From a virus: a stretch of 5,066 bases of DNA. The notes beneath the pieces are model-generated. The model had not been told where the DNA came from. It made no database searches and was given only the letters and a program-made list of their open reading frames with translations. Position numbers and translations under genes: made by a program. Each line of letters starts with the position of its first letter. Positions within the stretch are counted from its first letter, which is position 1. The stretch is taken from IMG/VR virus record IMGVR_UViG_3300045988_041365, one strand, 5' to 3'. Below are positions 1 through 5,066 of the stretch, piece by piece.

Positions 1-212
1 CGCTGATGAGCAGTATTAGACATCATCGCCTGCCAGTTTCGATTATTAGCGGCCTCATTTTGATTAAACATCATCGCTTTAGCATTTTGCTGCTCTTGCC
101 AATCACGCTGTATAGTAGCCTGCTGAGCAGACCAAGCATTATTTGCCTGAGCAACGCCCTGCATAGATGCAATCTGATCAGAAGCAGAATGAAGAGCCGA
201 GTTAATATCCAT
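1..212 (-). CDS. VP2: VP2 minor capsid / DNA pilot protein, N-terminal portion. It continues from the window end across the circular junction; 1..95 duplicates 4972..5066.
   Basis: The frame is continuous with ORF 4260..5045 through the terminal redundancy. Upstream of the track's ATG at 74 (=5045) the frame stays open to an ATG at 212..210. That ATG has AAGGAG 7 nt upstream (minus strand gaAAGGAGtgtatttATG). The ATG at 74 has no SD. The extended N-terminus reads MDINSALHSASDQIASMQGVAQANNAWSAQQATIQRDWQEQQNAKAMMFNQ... The full CDS is about 307 aa (4260..5183 in circular coordinates). Confidence 0.6.
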   Translation of the reverse strand, partial: MDINSALHSASDQIASMQGVAQANNAWSAQQATIQRDWQEQQNAKAMMFNQNEAANNRNWQAMMSNTAHQ

Positions 213-230
213 AAATACACTCCTTTCAAA

Positions 231-254
231 ATAGGGGGGCAACTGCCCCCCTAT
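231..254 (-). terminator. Intercistronic stem-loop between the VP1 stop and the VP2 start; possible partial terminator or attenuator.
   Basis: A 9-bp perfect stem atagggggg / cccccctat with loop caactg sits 3 nt after the VP1 TAA. On the mRNA strand it is followed by UUUUG and then the VP2 SD. Confidence 0.4.
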
Positions 255-257
255 AGA

Positions 258-1934
258 TTAGTGATGATCAATAAGACCGGGAATAGAATACATCGGCATA
301 GGCCGCGTTGCACGATTCTTGATGTAAATATCAGCAAAAAGCTGATTAGAGACAGTAGACTTAACAGCAAGGACACGGTCTACAGTATTCTTATCTTCAC
401 GAATCCAAGAAGCAGACAGAGCAGGGAGTTTGTCATAATCATCAGCAAGATGCCAAACATCGAGAGACTGAGCATAGGAAGAACGCATTTCACCGGTGAC
501 GCGGTTTGGCTTATATCGATAATCAGACCAAGCTTCCTGATAACCAAAAACCTCATCGTCAGCTTTAGTACCCTGAGCAAAAATTTCCTTGTTCTTGACA
601 GCCTGCTCACCAATATTAGCAAAAACAGGCCAGTAGAAATCAAAGCGCGTCTTACGCGACCAATGACGCTCAATACCCTGCTGGTAAGTATGATCATAAC
701 GGGCAACCATGACACCGATAATATAACCGTGCTCCGTAAAGCTCTTGATGAAATCAGCGTGAGAATCAGTGGTTTGAGACATACCAACAACAGTACCCTG
801 AGGAGTATCAGCACCAGCACCAGTACCAGACTGCTGTATAACCTGATTCACATTGATAGGAATACGATTGCCTCCAAGATATTCGGGACGCTGCAGACGG
901 GCGTCAGGAGAAGTAACGCCAAAATGAGACTTGAGAATCTCAATATAACGGGTACCACCGCGAGCATCACGCTCGTAAAGCTTCTGAATCTGAAAAGCCA
1001 TTCGCAGCTGGTTAATAGTAGCGACAATAGCATTACCAGAATTCAAAGCAAAAAGATTGGACGGAATTCCAGCGATAGAATTGTCAGTAGCAGGAGAAGT
1101 ACCATCGGCATAAAGGGCAGTAGAACCGCCAGACGAACCAGCACCATAACCAGCTTTCAACTGACCCTGAAAAATAGCATTACCAACACCTTTCCAACGT
1201 AAGGGAGTATTCAAATCCTGTCCAGTCAGAGCATATCCATCGAGCGGAACAACAGGAAGATTGCCCTGAGCGGCAACAGAAAGAGTTACATCAGGGCCTT
1301 TCTGAGGGCTGGGAAGACAGCTCGTGAAATAATCATGATACTTAGCAGCAATATAAGGCTTACCGCCTTTTGCAACATCTGAAATAAAAGTACCAGAATT
1401 AACACCCTGAACAGTAGCATCATCGACAGGAACAACGAGAGGATCCTGCAGATTCTGATCACGGAACCACTCATTCATGACGAGCGCATAAGCTCGAAAC
1501 GGAAGAGCACTAACAGAAATACCCTCAACACCAGTCGGAAGACCGAAATAATCAGCCAAAGTACCAACAGACCAGCCACCGGAAGGAGAAGTAATCTGCG
1601 GAATACTATACTCAGTTTGCGGAAGCCAAGCAGATTCCGTATTTTCTCCGTTAAACTCTTTCCAATGATTCCAAACAAGTCGATTCGGAACAAAGAAATA
1701 ATACGTATCCAGATAAACGTTATCCATCATAGGAGTAAGCAAAGTCTGCATACGTACTACTTTCGAAGAGGTAACATTGAAAGTGTCTCCGGGAAGGACT
1801 TCTTCGAGAAAGAAAGGGATAATGTCACCGACATTAAACGAAGTTTTAATAGAAGCCGAACGATCAAAAGTAGATCGACTCATATCAATTCGAGTCGGAT
1901 TTAAAGCAAAATGAGATTCAACATTACGATTCAC
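258..1934 (-). CDS. VP1: Major capsid protein VP1 (Microviridae F-protein family), 558 aa, GTG start.
   Basis: The N-terminus MNRNVESHFALNPTRIDMSRSTFDRSASIKTSFNVGDIIPFFLEEVLPGDTF matches the conserved gokushovirus VP1 start (..RS.FDRS..K..F..G.L.P....EVLPGDTF). The first in-frame start after a TAA is a GTG at 1934..1932, with GGAGG 9 nt upstream. This is the largest ORF in the window and ends at a TAA at 258..260. Confidence 0.9.
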   Translation of the reverse strand: MNRNVESHFALNPTRIDMSRSTFDRSASIKTSFNVGDIIPFFLEEVLPGDTFNVTSSKVVRMQTLLTPMMDNVYLDTYYFFVPNRLVWNHWKEFNGENTESAWLPQTEYSIPQITSPSGGWSVGTLADYFGLPTGVEGISVSALPFRAYALVMNEWFRDQNLQDPLVVPVDDATVQGVNSGTFISDVAKGGKPYIAAKYHDYFTSCLPSPQKGPDVTLSVAAQGNLPVVPLDGYALTGQDLNTPLRWKGVGNAIFQGQLKAGYGAGSSGGSTALYADGTSPATDNSIAGIPSNLFALNSGNAIVATINQLRMAFQIQKLYERDARGGTRYIEILKSHFGVTSPDARLQRPEYLGGNRIPINVNQVIQQSGTGAGADTPQGTVVGMSQTTDSHADFIKSFTEHGYIIGVMVARYDHTYQQGIERHWSRKTRFDFYWPVFANIGEQAVKNKEIFAQGTKADDEVFGYQEAWSDYRYKPNRVTGEMRSSYAQSLDVWHLADDYDKLPALSASWIREDKNTVDRVLAVKSTVSNQLFADIYIKNRATRPMPMYSIPGLIDHH

Positions 1935-2421
1935 TTACATTCACCTCCTGTTTCATTTCATGAACAACGGGCGCATCAACCTGCGGAGCATCGACCACAG
2001 AATGTTCGACCATGCCCAACTTCTCCAGCCAATCGTTAGATCCGGACTGGGATAGGAACTGCTCGAACGAACAATCAAACTTCTGCCGAACTTCCAGCGG
2101 CAACGACTTGAACATCTCTTCACATTCATTAATCCTATTAAGCGCATCGGCCATATTGGTCGGAAAATCGGTTACATCTGCATAAAAGCCCTGAGCACGG
2201 GAAAGGGCTTCAGTATCGCCATTGGCAAAACGGGCGAGAATAACGTTGATATCGACACTATCAGCAAAGGACTGAATATAAGCATAAAGATCTTCAGTGC
2301 CTTTTTCCTCAAGAACAACACGTCCATTTGCATCATAGCGACCGGAGTACAGCTGCTTAACGCGAGAACCAGAGCAAGGATGAATACGTTCACGCGGGGA
2401 ATACTGGGTTTTAAACTCCAT
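1924..2421 (-). CDS. VP3: Internal scaffolding protein VP3-like, 165 aa.
   Basis: The ATG at 2421 has AAGGAGG upstream. The protein MEFKTQYSPRERIHP...YSGRYDANGRVVLEEKG...LPLEVRQKFDCSFEQF resembles gokushovirus VP3 scaffold proteins, and its position immediately upstream of VP1 fits. Its stop overlaps the VP1 start by 11 nt. Confidence 0.7.
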   Translation of the reverse strand: MEFKTQYSPRERIHPCSGSRVKQLYSGRYDANGRVVLEEKGTEDLYAYIQSFADSVDINVILARFANGDTEALSRAQGFYADVTDFPTNMADALNRINECEEMFKSLPLEVRQKFDCSFEQFLSQSGSNDWLEKLGMVEHSVVDAPQVDAPVVHEMKQEVNVSES

Positions 2422-2620
2422 CTTTCAAATTAGCCTCCTTTAATTTAACATCATCAAAAGCAAAAGACTGATCGAGCATACGCTCATCAACGCTTCCATC
2501 CGGACGAGCAAAACGATCATAGACAATATCAAGGAGATCATCAATCAGATCAAGAAGCCGATCCTTGGAAAAAGTCTTGCGAACGAAAGCCACAAAAATA
2601 ACAAGAAGTTTATCCTTCAC
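2411..2620 (-). CDS. Small acidic hypothetical protein, about 69 aa, GTG start.
   Basis: A GTG at 2620..2618 is preceded by GGAGG with 9-nt spacing (tgcttcGGAGGtgttgcgccGTG). The product VKDKLLVIFVAFVRKTFSKDRLLDLIDDLLDIVYDRFARPDGSVDERMLDQSFAFDDVKLKEANLKDGV has mixed, non-repetitive composition, unlike the L-rich frame artefacts elsewhere. It fills an otherwise 190-nt gap in a compact genome. It overlaps the upstream ORF by 11 nt and VP3 by 11 nt, the same geometry as the VP3/VP1 junction. Confidence 0.5.
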   Translation of the reverse strand: MKDKLLVIFVAFVRKTFSKDRLLDLIDDLLDIVYDRFARPDGSVDERMLDQSFAFDDVKLKEANLKDGV

Positions 2621-2864
2621 GGCGCAACACCTCCGAAGCATCAGCAACAACAAAAGGAACAGGCAACACCTCACAGACACCAGAATCGGTATCAAACGAG
2701 GCCAACTTGAAGAGGGAAAAATCATTGGGATGAGAATTGAGCAAGGAATCAGGCTGATTAACAGCATGTTCGAAATTACGGAGAGCAGACGCATCATTAG
2801 CGTCAACAGTCGGGGTCATAAAACCAGTCTTTGCGTCCTTGATAGCATACATACCCAATTTCAT
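2610..2864 (-). CDS. Conserved-looking small protein, 84 aa; possibly the VP5-like nonstructural protein of gokushoviruses.
   Basis: The ATG at 2864 has GGAGG 9 nt upstream. Its ATGA start/stop overlap with the upstream J-like ORF indicates translational coupling. The protein is MKLGMYAIKDAKTGFMTPTVDANDASALRNFEHAVNQPDSLLNSHPNDFSLFKLASFDTDSG... No homology search was possible. Confidence 0.6.
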   Translation of the reverse strand: MKLGMYAIKDAKTGFMTPTVDANDASALRNFEHAVNQPDSLLNSHPNDFSLFKLASFDTDSGVCEVLPVPFVVADASEVLRREG

Positions 2865-2974
2865 AGTCTAATACCTCCACGAAAAATTTTAGGTGCAATG
2901 TTAATCTTTTTCGATTTTGCCGCAGTACGGCGGAAAATCTTGTTGTCAAGCTTGGGTGGATTTCTACGTCTCAT
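2861..2974 (-). CDS. Small basic DNA-binding protein, 37 aa; analogue of phiX174 J and of gokushovirus ORF8.
   Basis: Not in the supplied ORF track because it is under 60 aa. The ATG at 2974..2972 lies 1 nt after the Rep TGA and has AAGGAAG 7 nt upstream. Translation is MRRRNPPKLDNKIFRRTAAKSKKINIAPKIFRGGIRL. It is strongly basic (13 of 37 residues are K or R), and its hydrophobic C-terminal RGGIRL resembles the ...RGGIRF ending of Chlamydia-phage ORF8 (recalled, not searched). Its stop TGA overlaps the ATG of the next ORF as ATGA. Confidence 0.6.
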   Translation of the reverse strand: MRRRNPPKLDNKIFRRTAAKSKKINIAPKIFRGGIRL

Positions 2975-2975
2975 G

Positions 2976-3944
2976 TCACAACTTCCTTTCAAGAGATTTT
3001 ATCTTATCAGTCAAGGCTTGTTCCTCGACGGCAAGACGATCATATCTGTCCAAAGATGTACGAAAATCCTTGGCTTCCTCAGCAGCAGCAGCTAAACGAT
3101 GACGAACGGCTTTAGCCTGCTTCATCTCATCGGGATGATCAATGTCAAATAAACGATCATAATAACGAGGAGGACGAAACTTCAAACCACCAACATCAGT
3201 GCCAAGATTGATGTATTCATGCTGATACAAATCTGGATGATCATCATAATACTGACGAGCGATTCCGGGTTTCCGGGACATACGAACAAATTCCGGTACA
3301 AGATTCAAATCCGAATACAGAGAAGCATCCTGACCTTTAAGCTTTTTCATAACATATCGAGCAGTATAAGCGCAAGATTCCCAAGTTACGGCGCCGACCA
3401 CAACAAAGCCGAGACCCCAACACTCAGTAAGAGAATCACTAATGAAATAATCATAACCTTGGGGGGAACGTTTGTAGGGTCGCAGATCATCGAGAGACAA
3501 TCCAAAAATAATTGAGTGATAATGAGGGCGAGCAGTAGTAGAGCCATACTCGCCACAGGCAAAGTACCGAATGTGATCATCTGGGTGAGCCTTTCTTAAG
3601 CGTTTCCAAAACAATTCCAAATCACGAGGTCTTAGCGTCAAAGCAGGAGCAGCCTCCCCATCATCATTGATAGCATAAGCAGTACGAGGCACGTGATCGT
3701 CATCATAAGTCAACGTCACAAACCAAGATTCCTTATGATACTGTAGCTCAAGCATACAGCGGTTAGCCCATTGACGGCTATACTCGAGCCGGCAACCAAT
3801 ACATTGACCGCAGGGGAGCTGCAAGCGCTGCCACGAGGGATAGACCTCGCTGGCATGCTGGCCAGACAATATTTTGATATTGCGTTTTCCATTAGCTGTC
3901 CTTCCAGGGAGAATAACAGCTTCCAAAGGATGATAGCACGGCAT
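2976..3944 (-). CDS. VP4: Rolling-circle replication initiation protein VP4 (HUH endonuclease superfamily I; phiX174 gene A family), 322 aa.
   Basis: The protein starts MPCYHPLEAV. Motif I is FVTLTYD, the HUH motif is PHYHSIIFG, and the catalytic double tyrosine is AYTARYVMKK (YxxxY). The ATG at 3944 has an AGGTGAT SD. The stop is a TGA at 2978..2976. Confidence 0.9.
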   Translation of the reverse strand: MPCYHPLEAVILPGRTANGKRNIKILSGQHASEVYPSWQRLQLPCGQCIGCRLEYSRQWANRCMLELQYHKESWFVTLTYDDDHVPRTAYAINDDGEAAPALTLRPRDLELFWKRLRKAHPDDHIRYFACGEYGSTTARPHYHSIIFGLSLDDLRPYKRSPQGYDYFISDSLTECWGLGFVVVGAVTWESCAYTARYVMKKLKGQDASLYSDLNLVPEFVRMSRKPGIARQYYDDHPDLYQHEYINLGTDVGGLKFRPPRYYDRLFDIDHPDEMKQAKAVRHRLAAAAEEAKDFRTSLDRYDRLAVEEQALTDKIKSLERKL

Positions 3945-3949
3945 AACAT

Positions 3950-4070
3950 CACCTACTTTATTTATACTATATAGTATTTTTTATTTTTTTCAAGTATATA
4001 TTATATTTTTTATTATATTTTTTTTATTATTATACTAATCTATACTACTACAAGATAGGTATAGTTAGCG
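3950..4070 (-). promoter_or_regulatory. AT-rich putative promoter/operator region upstream of rep.
   Basis: About 85% A+T. On the mRNA strand TTGAAA lies at plus 3988..3993, followed 16-18 nt later by TATAGT/TAGTAT and then about 20 nt to the rep ATG. A 12-bp perfect palindrome TACTATATAGTA at 3965..3976 overlaps the -10 region. Three TATACTA copies lie at 3963, 4031 and 4041. The promoter assignment is inferential. Confidence 0.3.
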
Positions 4071-4090
4071 TGCTAATCTCCATCTTTGGT

Positions 4091-4154
4091 GTCACTCAGC
4101 ACAGTTACATCAAGAGAGTAACTGTGCTGAGTGACCGGCCGCGATACGCGGCCG
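4091..4154. repeat. Two adjacent stem-loops: an 18-bp perfect inverted repeat (4091..4108 / 4118..4135, loop 4109..4117) and an 8-bp all-GC hairpin (4136..4143 / 4147..4154, loop ata). Candidate replication-origin or primosome-assembly structures.
   Basis: gtcactcagcacagttac-atcaagaga-gtaactgtgctgagtgac is a perfect 18-bp stem. cggccgcg-ata-cgcggccg is an 8-bp GC stem. Both lie in the only sizeable non-coding region. Confidence 0.45.
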
Positions 4155-4195
4155 AGGTGATCAACGAAACTGCATACCATTTTGGCAAGGAGTGC

Positions 4196-4241
4196 AAAAA
4201 AGAAGCGGAGCTTGGCGCAGGGGCGCGACTCGCTTCGCTTC
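4196..4241 (-). terminator. Rho-independent terminator downstream of VP2, at the end of the polycistronic unit. It also reads as a hairpin plus T5 on the plus strand.
   Basis: The mRNA strand reads GAAGCG(aagc)GAG-tcGCGCccctGCGCcaag-CTCCGCTTC followed by TTTTTT, about 20 nt after the VP2 TAA. On the plus strand the same hairpin is followed by cctttttaaaaaag. Confidence 0.6.
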
Positions 4242-4259
4242 CTTTTTAAAAAAGAATTT

Positions 4260-5066
4260 TTACTTTTTGTAAAGACGGAACGTACCAGAAAAATCCTTGA
4301 AATACGTACGACCGTCAGAACCACGATACAAAACATCCTTATTACGACCAACACCAGAACCATATGCACCAGCAATAGGCGTAAAAGTCTTACGGCCTTG
4401 ATACTCACGATCATAACCAAAAGACCGACTACCAGACGAACCAGAAGACGAACCACCATAATTATTGTTGGTGGTAGTACCACCATTATAATTAAAAACA
4501 TCAGGCCGCCGAGCAGCAGCAGCGGCTACCATAGCAGCATCACGACCGGAAGCAATACCACGATCAGTAGCCATCTGGGCAACAGCAGTCGCAGCACGCT
4601 CAGCAATACCCGCCATATCAGACACAAAGCGTTTATCGCTGCCATAGCGAGAGGCTTCAGAAGACTTATCTGCACCATAGCGCGAGGCCTCAGCCTGAAT
4701 ATCGGCAACAATCCGAGACATAGCAGTATACTTGTCAGCGACAGCTTCCTGAGTACGAGCATTGATATTAGCGGCCTCAATCTGAGTATTGGCAGCAAGG
4801 ATAGAACCAAGCAAGTTTGCAATAGCACCGTTGGCAGACATATCAGTTTCACCTTTGGCACCTTGAGAGGTCACACCTTGAGCAGTTGCACCGGAACCGA
4901 CAGAAGCGCCGTTTCCATTCATAGCAGAAAGCACAGGGTTCAAACCAGCCGCCATCAAATCACGAACTTCACGCTGATGAGCAGTATTAGACATCATCGC
5001 CTGCCAGTTTCGATTATTAGCGGCCTCATTTTGATTAAACATCATCGCTTTAGCATTTTGCTGCTC
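4260..5066 (-). CDS. VP2: VP2 minor capsid / DNA pilot protein, C-terminal portion including the stop. It is truncated by the window edge and continues circularly into 1..212.
   Basis: The protein is Gly/Ser/Ala-rich, with a ...REVRDLMAAGLNPVLS... motif typical of gokushovirus VP2 and the C-terminal end ...GRTYFKDFSGTFRLYKK. The stop is a TAA at 4262..4260. It follows VP1 in the canonical order. An internal 33-nt imperfect tandem duplication encodes EASRYGADKSS / EASRYGSDKRF. Confidence 0.85.
   Translation of the reverse strand, partial: EQQNAKAMMFNQNEAANNRNWQAMMSNTAHQREVRDLMAAGLNPVLSAMNGNGASVGSGATAQGVTSQGAKGETDMSANGAIANLLGSILAANTQIEAANINARTQEAVADKYTAMSRIVADIQAEASRYGADKSSEASRYGSDKRFVSDMAGIAERAATAVAQMATDRGIASGRDAAMVAAAAARRPDVFNYNGGTTTNNNYGGSSSGSSGSRSFGYDREYQGRKTFTPIAGAYGSGVGRNKDVLYRGSDGRTYFKDFSGTFRLYKK
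4972..5066. repeat. Terminal redundancy: a 95-nt exact copy of positions 1..95. It marks linearisation of a circular 4,971-nt genome.
   Basis: Direct base-by-base comparison of the window start and end: cgctgatgagcagtattagacatcatcgcctgccagtttcg...ttgctgctc is identical at both ends. Confidence 0.95.

Noticed and set aside
380-820. A 146-aa leucine-rich ORF embedded in VP1. Similar L/R/P-rich embedded ORFs lie at 4526..4861, 1475..1693, 1286..1474, 848..1033, 2172..2393 and 1953..2147.
   Set aside because: Their hydrophobicity is explained by T-rich third positions of the host frame falling on second codon positions. Most start with GTG or TTG and lack an SD. The sequences are low-complexity rather than defined TM helices. 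Only 3386..3580 was kept, as a low-confidence finding.
6-1202. A 398-aa ORF on the plus strand, antisense to the VP2 N-terminus, the VP1-VP2 spacer and VP1.
   Set aside because: The plus strand is T-poor because the coding strand is T-rich, so stop codons are rare by composition. The product is low-complexity (S/T/R/I/N), crosses an intergenic hairpin, has no SD, and all recognisable genes are on the other strand.
2411-2806. The long 131-aa version of the small ORF (TTG start at 2806), as listed in the track.
   Set aside because: The upstream two-thirds is an L/C-rich frame artefact overlapping the 84-aa gene. The GTG at 2620 has the strong GGAGG-N9 SD and reproduces the 11-nt overlap pattern, so the short 69-aa form is preferred.
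2565-3095. A 176-aa plus-strand ORF antisense to the 84-aa ORF, the J-like ORF and the rep 3-prime end; also the plus-strand ORFs at 1617..1904, 2917..3102, 3219..3515 and 3771..3974.
   Set aside because: Same compositional antisense artefact. No SD, implausible products, and they would oppose the single-strand transcription typical of Microviridae.
3716-3952. A 78-aa ORF beginning GTGATG just upstream of, and overlapping, the rep start.
   Set aside because: The GTG/ATG are part of the rep SD-start region (aGGTGATgttATG). The rep N-terminus MPCYHPL matches the conserved VP4 start, so the alternative frame is not needed.
4073-4501. A 142-aa minus-strand ORF starting inside VP2 and running through the VP2 stop, terminator and hairpins.
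   Set aside because: It traverses the terminator hairpin and inverted repeats of the non-coding region and has no start context. It is most likely a random open frame in GC-rich structured DNA.
4972-5045. VP2 starting at the ATG at 5045 (=74), as in the ORF track.
   Set aside because: The frame remains open upstream across the circular junction to an ATG at 212 with a proper AAGGAG SD. The ATG at 74 has no SD and would leave about 140 nt of open, in-frame sequence unused.
1-5066. A search for tRNA, rRNA, CRISPR repeats, integrase or transposase signatures.
   Set aside because: No cloverleaf-like GC-rich 70-90 nt segments, no regularly spaced direct repeats, and no large ORFs other than the phage structural and Rep genes. 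None is supported.

Overview
This window is a complete circular genome of about 4,971 nt from a small ssDNA phage of the family Microviridae (gokushovirus-like). It was linearised with a 95-nt terminal redundancy: positions 4972..5066 are identical to 1..95. All genes lie on the minus strand in one tightly coupled array: Rep/VP4, a J-like basic peptide, an 84-aa protein, a 69-aa acidic protein, VP3 scaffold, VP1 major capsid, then VP2 minor capsid. VP2 crosses the linearisation point, so it appears in the window as a C-terminal part (4260..5066) and an N-terminal part (1..212). Gene starts mostly carry a GGAGG or AAGGAG Shine-Dalgarno motif 7 to 9 nt upstream. Three consecutive junctions (84-aa ORF/69-aa ORF, 69-aa ORF/VP3, VP3/VP1) overlap by exactly 11 nt. 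One non-coding region of about 315 nt (3945..4259) holds an AT-rich tract, an 18-bp perfect inverted repeat, a GC hairpin and a rho-independent terminator after VP2. The AT-rich tract has candidate promoter and operator elements, and the hairpins may mark replication origins. The plus strand carries only antisense ORFs, which are most likely composition artefacts. No tRNA, rRNA, CRISPR array or transposon signature is visible. The items most worth a second look are two small genes that length-filtered ORF callers would miss (a J/ORF8-like 37-aa DNA-binding peptide and the 69-aa acidic ORF), the hairpin pair in the non-coding region with a CTTGAT loop as a candidate origin, and a two-transmembrane-segment ORF embedded out of frame in rep as a candidate lysis gene. 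Family assignments rest on recalled motifs, not on a search.
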